Positions 49,822 through 60,700 of a DNA stretch of 64,000 nt are shown here, piece by piece. Source of the DNA: Octopus vulgaris (Eukaryota); NCBI GenBank assembly GCA_951406725.2, contig OX597821.1, forward strand, positions 93,930,001 through 93,994,000, given 5' to 3'. The translations under genes and the position numbers were made by a program. The notes under the pieces were generated by a model that did no database searches, was not told the origin of the DNA, and was given only the letters and a program-made list of their open reading frames with translations. The first letter of the stretch is position 1, and every line of letters begins with the position of its first letter.

Positions 49822-50635
49822 GGTATGGTACCTTGGTATGGTGCCTTGTCATAATACCAGTTAACAGTTAAGTGAACTTGACCAGTAAGTTTTAAGTGCT
49901 TTGACTCTGAATGCAGCAGAGTGTCAGTCTCTGGTTATGACCCATTTGTTGATATGTTGTTATCCTAACAACTCAACCAGCTGCAACACTCCTTGTATAT
50001 ATTACTGGTACTTATTTATTCTGATGGCATTTTGATCTCAGAGCAATGAAGTATCTAAACAAATAAGGACAACAGCCTGTTATCTTGACCATCTTCTTTA
50101 CCAAATCTAATTTAATTTATGTACTGCAACAATAAATTCTTGGTAATTTTAGTTTTGCTTCACTATTAAAATCATTTCTGTTGCATTTGGAAGGATGCAT
50201 CAACATCACAGCTTATCTTTACTTTATCTTCCTATGTTTTTGCTTCTGAGATTTTGTGCCTGCTATATATATATATATTGTACGTTTTATTTATTATTTT
50301 GCACTACTTAATCATCGTTATATGTTTTATCTTATATCTAATCTTTCTATAATATGTAATTTTCTAGTTGGTATAATTTAATTTTTTATTATTGAATTGA
50401 TGAAAGGTGGGTTTTTTCTAATTTATATATATATATATATAAATTACATCAACCCTGTTAATCTGAATAAATCAATGGTATCATCATGCAACCTATCATT
50501 TAGTTAGCTTAAACTCGGCACAACGAGTTAAAGTTTCCAATTCAGTAATATTTAGTTAGTCTAAGGCTTGAAGTTAAGTACTAAATATCTAAGTTTCAGT
50601 ACTTCAAATTAATATTTATGAAATTTTATTTTCAG

Positions 50636-50943
50636 ATTTCTAGCCAAATCGCATGTCAAGCTGATGCAACTATTCTAATGAGGTTGCGTCTTGATTTTTT
50701 GCACATCCTCTGCAGCCATGAGCATTATTTCCCATTAAATCTGCCATTTGGAACTCCGCTTACACCATCAGCTCCATGCAGTCCATCTCCTAGCGTCACC
50801 AGTACAAACTCACAGATGTCTTATGCCTCAACAAACACTTTGACTGATAAAGGAATTTTCTTTGACCTCACAACTGAGTTTCGACAGCAGCATTTCCTTT
50901 CTGGGTTGGTCCTGTCTGATTTAGCCTCAGCTCTAGATACAAA
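50636..50943 (+). CDS. DOCK7: DOCK7-like exon 23 (ISSQI...LRLDFLHILCSHEHYFPLNLP...FRQQHFLSGLVLSDLASALDT)
   Basis: LRLDFL.I.CSHEHY..LNLP and FRQQH.L.GL motifs. cag/gtgagt, phase 0 to 2. Confidence 0.97.
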
Positions 50944-50958
50944 GTGAGTATCATTTAA

Positions 50959-51177
50959 CCCTTCATTACCAACCCGGCCAAAACCGGGTCTGGCTCTGAG
51001 TTCGAATGTCTTATTTTCATAAGTTTTGAATTAAAATCTTCCACCAAACCTTAGGCACAATTTATGTTTGTAACATTAGCTTAATGATAACTAAGTTATT
51101 TTATTAAATTCTTTGTTATACTTAAATTAATTGAAAGAAACACAGAACATCTCAGAATAAATACAGTAACGAAAGGG
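50959..51177. mobile_element. piggyBac-like MITE family 1
   Basis: TTAA|cccttcattac...gtaacgaaaggg|TTAA. Homologous to the 32074 copy. Confidence 0.9.
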
Positions 51178-51348
51178 TTAAAATTTGTGACTGTTTAAGA
51201 ACAATGCGTTATTTTAACCAAATTTTGACAAAACCTTTAAATCTCTAATATTAAAAAGAAGACCAGTTTTGAATTCAGTTCATCATGCTTTGTGTTTCTT
51301 GTTTCCAAAAGACTACAAGGCAGTCGGTGAACTTTTATATTAGTGATT

Positions 51349-51733
51349 TGGAGGTGCAATGGCCCAGTGGTTAGGGCAGCGGACTCGCGGTCATAGGATC
51401 GCAGTTTCGATTCCCAGACCGGGCGTTGTGAGTGTTTATTGAGTGAAAACACCCAAAGCGCCACGAGGCTCCGGCAGGGGATGGTGGTGATCCCTGCTGT
51501 ACTCTTTCACCACAACTTTCTCTCACTCTTACTTCCTGTTTCTGTTGTACCTGTATTTCAAAGGGCCGGCCTTGTCACTCTCTGTGTCACGCAGAATATC
51601 CCCAAGAACTACGTTAAGGGTACACGTGTCTGTGGAGTGCTCAGCCACTTACACGTTAATTTCACGAGCAGGCTGTTCCGTTGATTCGGATCAACCGGAA
51701 CCCTCGTCGTCATAACCGACGGAGTGCTTCCAC
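51349..51733 (+). mobile_element. tRNA-derived SINE family C
   Basis: tggcccagtggttag A box, gtttcgattccc B box, 12-bp TSD atattagtgatt. Confidence 0.93.
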
Positions 51734-52322
51734 ATATTAGTGATTCTTAAGTGAAAGGTGCAAAATTTTATTTCAACACGTGGAAAAAAAATTACTTGTT
51801 GCTTCCTAATGCTGTATAATGAAACAGTGTAATCATTAAATCAGAAATTATATGTTATAAGTGTAGACAATTTCTGCTCAGATTTGCAAGAGTAGAAGTG
51901 CTAGACACTGTGAATTTATAGCAGTTTGAATTAGAGATCACTTGAGGCTTGTTTTTACCCTTAAGCATGCTTTGAGATTTCAAAGATGTGATTGTTTATT
52001 TTTAGGACATTGTAGGGTGGGTGTGAGAGGCCAGATCTAGTCAATCTGAATGTAAAACAGAATATTTGAGCTGGATATGACTGGTTTAAATGCTAAAGGG
52101 TTAAGGGGGGATGAGAAGTTTTGGCACAACCATTTTGGTACCACATATTTGGAATTTCTGAAACAAGTAAAAGAATAAAAGAATATATATATATGCATAC
52201 ATAATATATGTATGTATATATATATAACAGGAAGGTTTATGAAAATAAACAAAAGACGAAGGCAGGTGGAGTACAAACAAACAATGTATTAGTATGGCGC
52301 CCAGGAAGAGAAATAAAACAAG

Positions 52323-52360
52323 TCTTTTACGTTTCGAGCCTACGCTCTTCGACAGAAAGA
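52323..52360 (-). ncRNA. Minimal type I hammerhead ribozyme motif, A6U variant, in a Penelope-like remnant (about 52226-52420)
   Basis: Minus strand: tcttt [CTGTCGA] a gagc-gtag-gctc [GAAA] cg TA aaaga. Palindromic helix III ACGT. Flanked by (TA)n. Confidence 0.7.
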
Positions 52361-52828
52361 TACACAGAAAAGAAACAAGGAGAGAAAAAAATGCGTGTAG
52401 GGGCTAACGATCCAACATGGATATATATGTATATTATTTTATTCTTTTACTTGTTTCAGTCATTTGACTGTTTCCATGCTGGAACACTGCCTTTAGTCAA
52501 ACAAATTCACCCTAGGAGTTATTCTTTGTAAGCCTAGTACTTATTCTATCGGTCTTATTTTTTTGCCGATGTAAGTTATAAGTTATGGGGGTGTAAACAC
52601 ACCAACATCAGTTGTCAAGTCATGGTGGGAGGACAAACACACACATATAAATAAATATATATATGTGTATATATATTTTGTGAAATAGAAAGATGAATAA
52701 TCTTATTGCAGATTAATCAAAAGTTTAACCGATACCTTGGTAGCAAAAATCACAGCAGAAGACAGCACGGTTGGAGGTACAACCATATGGTGTTGCAACC
52801 ATGCGTTGGTGCGGATAATTGAATTTTA

Positions 52829-53234
52829 ATATTATTAGTCAATTGAAGAAATGGAGTTGAACGAAGATTGAACAGAAATCGTTTTATTGCATTCTACACG
52901 TGTTTCGAAAGCCACAATTTACCAAATTCCGATTGAATAAGGAGACCATATTGTGTCTTTCTCTTCAGGAAGAAATAGGAAATCCGTAGGCAAAAACAAA
53001 AACAGAACAGAGGCGCAGCAAAACAAATCGAACGAGGCTCCTAAGAGCCCATGGCCAAACTTTTTGTTTTTGCCTACGGATTTCCTATTTCTTCCTGAAG
53101 AGAAAGACACAATATGGTCTCCTTATTCAATCGGAATTTGGTAAATTGTGGCTTTCGAAACACGTGTAGAATGCAATAAAACGATTTCTGTTCAATCTTC
53201 GTTCAACTCCATTTCTTCAATTCACTAATAATAT
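52829..53234. repeat. Near-perfect palindrome: 174-bp arms (52829-53002, 53061-53234), 58-nt spacer; probable inverted Penelope-like pLTR
   Basis: Arms are reverse complements with 1 mismatch seen. The ORF track shows mirror peptides on both strands. Confidence 0.96.
53092..53171 (+). ncRNA. Type I hammerhead ribozyme motif with extended helix II (mirror copy on - strand in the left arm)
   Basis: ttc [CTGAAGA] gaaag-a-cacaat...attgtg-g-ctttc [GAAA] cacgtg TA gaa. Canonical core, palindromic helix III ACACGTGT, GUA site ending at 53168. Confidence 0.75.
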
Positions 53235-53545
53235 GTGTATATATATATATATATACACACGCATACAATGTTTCCATCTACCAAATTCATTTACAAGGCT
53301 TTTGTCAGCCTGAGGCTATAGTAGAAGACACTTGCCCAAGGTGCCACACAGTGGGATTGAACACAGAACCATGTGGTTGGTAAGGAAGCTTCTTACCACA
53401 CAGGCACACCTGTGCCTGTATATATAATATATATATATACAGATAAAACTTACTTGGAAGAGGATGCATGGCATTCAATCATATGATAATATAAATAATA
53501 TATGTATATGCATATATTCATATGTATATGTACATACTTACATCT

Positions 53546-53588
<43 letters not shown>

Positions 53589-53985
53589 TATGTGGGCACA
53601 GGACGTCATGAAACATGTACAACAAAAAAACACAAAATACGAATACATGGAATATGAACTATTTTTTCAAACAACGTGAAACTCAAATGGAAAACAAGAC
53701 AAACAACATAAAGAATGACCCTTCATCAGTTGTTGGTTGTTTTTCTACTCTCGTATTTTGAGCTTTTAACAATAGCGTATGCTTTTGATAAAACAGTTGC
53801 TCCTGCAAAGCAAATTAAATTCTTAAGGTGGTGCCCCAACATGGCCACAGTCTAATGACTGAAAGAAGTAAAAGGTAAAAAATAGAGATATTCGACTTCA
53901 TCAATGTTTGAATAATCAATATTTGGTTTATTTCCTTATGTTTTATTCTACCTCATGTTTGCTATTATAATATAATGTCTTGCAG

Positions 53986-54295
53986 CTTCACAACAATCCA
54001 CTACAAGGCCATCAATGTCATACGTAACCTCCTCTACAACCATGACTTGGACATTCGTTATTCAAACCCAGAAATCAAAGCTCGCCTGGCAGCCCTCTAT
54101 CTGCCCTTAATTGGCATTGTCATTGATGGACTGCCTCAACTGTATGACCCGAACCTAACCAGCCGTTCTCGTAACTCCTACCAAGACGAAGAAGGTGACC
54201 GAATCAACCAACATGTTGCTATGGCGATTGCTGGTTCGAGTGTTTGTGAGAGAGTGTCGAATATGAATTACAGTGTCCATGAGACTGAAGTAAAA
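53986..54295 (+). CDS. DOCK7: DOCK7-like exon 24 (FTTIHYKAINVIRNLL...KARLAALYLPLIGI...VAMAIAGSSV...ETEVK)
   Basis: KAR.A.LYLPLIGI and VAMAIAG.SV motifs. cag/gtaggt; an alternative in-frame donor would end the exon at 54289. Confidence 0.95.
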
Positions 54296-54661
54296 GTAGG
54301 TGCTAATTGTTATTCTCAACATTAATATCATCATAACTAATTAGTACCACTGTCCTTAAGACTGCTATCACAGCTGTCATCCTGATCACTGCCCATCACC
54401 ACCACACCCATTATCATAGAAGACACTTGCCCATGGTGTCCCACAGTGAAACTGAACCTGAAGCCATATAGTTACAAAACAAACTTCTCAACCATGCTTA
54501 TGGTGCTTAATTACATTGCTTTACATTCTGAGTTCAAATCTTATGAGAGGTGGAAGGAGCAAATTTTCTTTCAACTTTATGTGGTTGATAAAACAAAGGA
54601 CTAGTCAAATGCTAAGAATTTATGTAATTAACTATGCCCCTCTTTCAAATTTGAGGCCTTG

Positions 54662-55828
54662 TATCGGGTCATTAAGAATGGAATGTCTGATTTTTTTATA
54701 CACCAAGTTTGACAGTCGTTAACGCTAATGTTTTATCCTGACAATTCTTTGTTTTACAACATTGAAGAGTTACATCATAACTTTTCGAAATGCAATTCAT
54801 GGTGTCTGATTATATTGTGAGTTTTCTCTTATAAATCAATTTTTGTGAACCCATGGATAGATAAAAAAATTTGTGTTGTTTATGAATATGAGTTCCATTG
54901 TGGAACCAACATATCCCAGACAGCTCAAAACATGGTGACTTCACTCTTGAAAATCAGCCCCATGGTAGACCTGAAACCAATGATTAGCTGGAAACTGTAG
55001 TGGAAGCAGATAGATCTCAAACTATGCATGAGTTAGCAGCAAGGTTTGATATTTCAATTCCAACTGTATTGGACCATCTGCAATAAATTGGCATGATAAA
55101 GAAGCTTGACAAGTGGGTACCACACAAACTGAATGAGCATCAAATGACACATTGTCTTGACACTTGCTGCTCTTTGTTGTCACAACATAAAAGCAAACTA
55201 TTTTTGCATTGTATTGTTCTACAAAGTGGTTGGATAGAAACAAAGTACCAAAACACAATCCAAAAAAGAATATTCACCCCCCAAAAAATGTTAATGGTGT
55301 CTGTTTGGTGGTCTAGCACTAGTGTCATCCACTACAGCTTCATGAGACCTGCTGATAAGTCAATTACAGCAGATGTATACAACCAGTTGGATGAAATGAT
55401 GAGTGAACTTGCAATTAAACAATTGAGATTGGTCAATAGGGACAGGCCAATTCTCTTGCAAGACAATGTTCAACCACATCTTGCACAAAAGAACGCTACT
55501 CAAGTTACAAGATCTGAACTTGGAAGTACTCTGTCTTCCACCATATTCACCAGACCTTTGTATCAACTGGCTATCTCATTTTCCAGGCATTAGACAACTT
55601 TTTGCAAGGAAAAAACTTAAAATCTGAAGAAGATGCAAAAACAGCCTTTTGTGATTTCATCACCTCTTGCTCTCCAGAATTCTTCGCTGCCGGCATATAT
55701 AAGCTACCGATAAAATGGCAAAATTGTGCTTATAATTTAGGTGCATACTTTGATTAACTGCATTGCTTTTTGTTGAGATAAAGTAAAATAAACTTTCAGT
55801 TCAAAATTTCATTCTTAATGACCTAAGA
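54662..55828 (+). mobile_element. Decayed mariner (Tc1/mariner) DNA transposon with both TIRs
   Basis: WVPHKL, MVSVWW, LLQDN..PH and frameshifted PPYSPDL motifs. TIR ggtcattaagaatg at 54667 and inverted at about 55810-55823. Confidence 0.9.
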
Positions 55829-56016
55829 TCATTGTTAATAATCATTATCATCCCATCATTATCATCAAAGACCACTTGGGTTTTAGGGGACAGACTATTT
55901 ATTGCTTCTGCAAATCTAAAAGACTACCACAGATATCTACCCATCTATAACTTCTCAGACAATATCTCTTTACAATTTGCTCATTGTTTCTCTCTTGAAT
56001 CCTGTCTAAATTTCAG

Positions 56017-56193
56017 ACCAGAAAATGTATGCTGAATGCTGACGCCACTCACAACCTCCTGATCTGTTTTGTGTGGGTACTTAAAAATGCAGATTATGCC
56101 GTTTTGAAAAGCTGGTGGTCAGACCTACCACTTACACGCCTTAGTCGTATTGTGGAGATTATTTATTTTGTGGTTTCTAATTTTGAATACAAG
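56017..56193 (+). CDS. DOCK7: DOCK7-like exon 25 (TRKCMLNADATHNLLICFVWVLKNAD...VVSNFEYK)
   Basis: LLIC..WVLKNAD and FEYK motifs. cag/gtaaat. The next exon was not confidently found in the window. Confidence 0.96.
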
Positions 56194-56559
56194 GTAAATT
56201 TTTTTTTTCTCTTTAGTTGTTTTGCATATTATTCATACTCTTCTTCTTATTATTATTAGTTTCAAATTTATCTTCAAGTAACTTTTTATTCTAAGTAGTC
56301 TGCATTTTGTGAATAATAATTAGCAAATTGTTGAATGTAGTTATCTGTAATTTAGTTTCTTACTGTGCAATTAGATTTTAAAGATTTTGCATTAAGTACA
56401 TTAATTATTTTTGTTAATTTATTTTTTTCCAATCTCATTTCGTCTTAATTTTTTTTAAATATTAGATAAGTTCTTGACTGGAAATCTTTTCTGTAAACTT
56501 TTCTTTTTCTGATACTTATAATAGCTAGAATAATGAATCCAGTTGATGGAATAGCTACA

Positions 56560-56679
56560 AGGTGTGTGTGATTCAGTCCCAATGATTGGCACCTTGGGCG
56601 AGTGTCTTCCATTATAGTCTCAGGCAAACCAAAGCTTTGTGAGTGGATTTGGCTGATGGAAACTGAAAGAAGCCTGTCG

Positions 56680-56723
<44 letters not shown>

Positions 56724-56915
56724 CTTTGTGTTTGTCCCCCATCACTGCTTGACGACTGGTGTTGGTAGTTACATCCTTGTAACTTAGCAATTCTGCAAAA
56801 GATAAAATAAGTACTTAAAAATAAGGTCTGGGGTGGATTTGTTCAAGTAAAAACCATTCAAGGTGATGCCCCAGCATGGCCACAGTCAAGTGACTGAAAC
56901 AAGGAAAAGATAAAA
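56560..56915 (+). mobile_element. Diverged SINE family A copy
   Basis: gagtggatttgg..gatggaaactgaaagaagcc core and cagcatggccacagtc tail. Confidence 0.75.
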
Positions 56916-57371
56916 AATATATGTATCCTCAGTATTTAATGTCCATTTTCCATGTTTGCATGAGTCAGATGAAATTTGCTGAGGCAGATTTTCTATGGCT
57001 GGATTCCCTTCCATGGCCAGACCTGTTTTTGTAGAATATTGGAAATGAATGATGCTGCAACACTGCTTTCATGACAGTGACTCTCATTTACATTTATCAT
57101 GCAGTATCAAAACAGAGACAAGGAGATACAAGGATACACACATTCACACACAGAATCATATGGCAGTAGTAGAATTAATTAAAAAGAAACCCATTAACAC
57201 CATTTGTGTAACGTGTGTGGCAGTAGGCAGATAGAATTCACAACCTAATTACTCCCAGATCACTCTCAACTATTAGTCATCTCAATCAGGACTGTCCAAG
57301 AATAAACAGTAACAATAATAACAACATTCCACTTCAAATTATTTCTAATCCAGTCCTAATAAACAGCTGTG

Positions 57372-57756
57372 TGGAGGCGCAATGGCCCAGTGGTTAGGGC
57401 AGCGGACTCGCGGTCATAGGATCGCGGTTTCGATTCCCAGACCAGGCGTTGTGAGTGTTTATTGAGCGAAAACACCTAAAGCTCCACGAGGCTCCAGCAG
57501 GAGATGGTGGTGATCCCTGCTGTACTCTTTCACCACAACTTTCTCTCACTCTTACTTCCTGTTTCTGTTGTACCTGTATTTCAAAGGGCCGGCCTTGTCA
57601 CTCTCTGTGTCACGCTGAATATCCCCGAGAACTACGTTAAGGGTACACGTGTCTGTGGAGTGCTCAGCCACTTACACATTAATTTCACAAGCAGGCTGTT
57701 CCGTTGATTCGGATCAACCGGAACCCTCGTCGTCGTAACCGACGGAGTGCTTCCAC
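57372..57756 (+). mobile_element. tRNA-derived SINE family C
   Basis: A/B boxes. 14-bp TSD aataaacagctgtg at 57358-57371 and 57757-57770. Confidence 0.94.
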
Positions 57757-60700
57757 AATAAACAGCTGTGAGCCATTTGTTAACCAGTTGTTATGGTTAT
57801 CTGTATTCAGTCCTGAATATAGTTTTTTTTATCATTTGTATATGTCTTTGGTCAAAGATTTATTCAAATGGTTTCCACCCCCACCCCCACCCCATCTTCA
57901 CCAAAAGATACAATACATGCACTAATCCTGGGGACTTCAATCTTACAAAACCAGAAACTTTTTTCTCTCAGAGAAGTCAGATTAGTTGAAGAAATATTTC
58001 CAGTCAAGGTTTTGAATACAACTGTTTGTTAATCCGTTTGTGTTTTTGTACTTATTAGTAATTAGTCATTCTTTTCTCTATTACTTTCTACTGTACACAT
58101 GAATGATCTTATCTTAGTTTAGATTTCCACTATTGTTAGTTAATCTTATTATATTCACAGTCATCTTAAATATTGAAATTCTTTTTTTTTGTTACCTTTT
58201 TTAGTTACTTATAGTATACACATGAATGTTTTAGTTTTCCTTTAGAATTCTGTTGAAGTTATGGATGATTAATATATTCTATTTTATAACTTAAGTTCTA
58301 TTGTGGCACATGTTACTTGAAAGTTTAAGTACCTTCTACATTGCTGTGTTTTTTTTTTTTGTTTTTTGTTTTTTTTTATCCATGGTTTGATCTGAAGCAA
58401 GGGGTTATGATAATGGCTTTTACAAGCCTTCTCAGATTAGAGAGGCCTGTACAATTAATGTTCTTTTGAACGCCTGAAATTTAGTGACTATAGGAGAACC
58501 ATGGGCCATGAGGATATTCCAGAGGGCTGACACTTTGGGAAGGAAAGGTTGGGTGTGGTAGTTAATGCAGGGCTTGGGACATTGGACATAATATAAGAGA
58601 GATCAGTTTGTTGGGTGAGTCTGAGTGAAGGTAGCAAGAGACCAGATATCTCTGAGAAGTTGAGGTTACTGCAGTAGGATTAGATGATGCAATGTACTGA
58701 GACAGCATGTCTACCCACAAATGATTGGGGGAATGTGTTGTTTCATATAGCATCATGTTAGCTTGCTTCTTGAAAATGAATTTGGTGCACCATAAAGAGA
58801 AGGAAGTAGTTATGTTTTACTGATAAATTAGTACTTTACAGCATTAAAATAAGTTGCTAGAACTGAAGACACTAGTGGTGGCTTACGTCATTGAAGAGTA
58901 TGTGTAAAGTGAAGTCTGCTAGTGACTTGTGAGGAAGAAGAAAAGAAAATTTTACATTTTCTCCCCATAAAGAACATTTCCTGAACTTTAGATTGCTAAC
59001 ATACTGACCACCACTAGTCTTTTGAAATACAAGTAATGTTCTTTTATCAATTCTACAGACTGGCTGTATTCTAGCCTCTTGAGTTATACACATGTATTCT
59101 AGCCTCGTAAGTTAGGCACAAGTTAGTTAATGAAATCCTCAAGCAGATTGTGTGACAAGAGTGGCCTTTGTGATCGCAGTGCAGACTTTTATCAGGCTTT
59201 CCCATAGTTTCTATCTATGCAGAAATACCAAACCACTAGATGTGGATTTGAACTCATGATTTGTGAGTATGTGTATCCAGTTGAATTATAATAGAATTTG
59301 TTGAAACTAGTGTTTTATATTGCTTTGGTTCTGACCTTTCAGCTAAAAGGAAATTTTTTTTTCTCTAATGCAAATTATTGAAACATCAATGAAAACTTTT
59401 GTCTTCAAATAACTGGGTAATAGTAATCCAAATTTCAAAGGCCCTACTCTCTCCTGGCCCCCTTTCTGAATTCATTGATATCCTGGGCACTTAAAACAAC
59501 ATCACAATACCAATCTGGAATCCAAGTAGAGTTATGGATTTGATGCTCTGAGAAACTTATAGGATGATGACACAAAATTCTAAACTGAAATTATTTTAAT
59601 TTGTAACTTAAAAAGTAAAACTCATTTTTAAAAACACATATACATAGCAATGTAGAAGTGTATATTCTTCCATCCATCTATCAATATATATAAATTATGA
59701 ATATTAAATGTTAATTTGATCTAATTATGTTTGCTAATATATTTGATTAACCTGAGGATTTCATTTTCAGAGATTTATCTGTTTATATTTTTGTTACTAT
59801 TGAAACAACTGTAGCCTTACATTGCATGTATTTGAAATTGTGGCTTCAACTTAGTCTAGTTTGTGTTGCTCTTCTTCTTTTTTTCTTTTTCTTCTTCTTT
59901 AATTGTAATCATTTAATCAATCTTTGAACTTAGTAATACCTACTGATAGCCAGAGCATTGATCTGTCATAAACATTCTTTGCTGATCTTAAAGTCTTTTT
60001 AATTTCAATTTAGCTATTAATGATAAATGTGTGTTTGTGTAGAGAAAGTTTAACATTTGTTTGATTTGGATTCAACCATTTTCACTTCTCTCTTTAAATC
60101 TTGAAATTAAGTTAACTAATTCTTCTGCATTATTTTCTTAATTTCTTATGAATTTTTCTCTCACATGTTATTAAGCTTTGTTTTTAGTAATTGGGGAATT
60201 TTTTCTTTCAGTAAAATGTTCTAGATGGGACAAGAAATGTCATAGAAAGTGGCACATTTCATATCAATAGCAAAGCTTGCTGTGTTAAAGACCTTTCCGA
60301 TATAAAAAAAACAAAATTGTGTTTCTAAAATTCCTATTTGCTATAACCCATGCATTTTAGAAGTAAAAAATTGTTGATATCCACCGCATAGATTATACAA
60401 GTTCTGAAAAATGCACTTAATGAAGAAAGAAATGATCTGCTTAAGCAGTCCTCTATATTAACCCTCACCTTTTAAAATTTATATTACTCCTATGTGAAGC
60501 ATTTTTATTTAAATTCTAGTTATACCTTCTGCCCTCTCAGCCATTCATCTCCTGAAATCCTCAATGTCTCTTGATCTTTGTAACTCACATTTTAGAAACA
60601 CTCTTTAACCTGAAGTAGATATTATGATTCACCTATTGGAATCCCTGAAGATTAAATGTTACACTTTATGACAATTCTTGGTCCCACAGCATCTTATTGA

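Larger units (their letters stand above)
52440..53416 (-). mobile_element. Diverged SINE family A copy split at its internal microsatellite by Penelope-like inserts (about 52678-53234)
   Basis: 3' half at 52440-52650 and 5' half at 53268-53416 flank the insert. Confidence 0.8.

Noticed and set aside
58494-58547. 54-nt segment encoding EPWAMRIFQRADTLGRK, resembling DOCK7 KVFERMNSL that follows FEYK
   Set aside because: Nearby acceptors are phase 1 while the upstream donor is phase 0, there is no adjacent pyrimidine tract, the donor is weak, and in-frame stops flank it. Probably chance unless RNA-seq shows a bridging exon.
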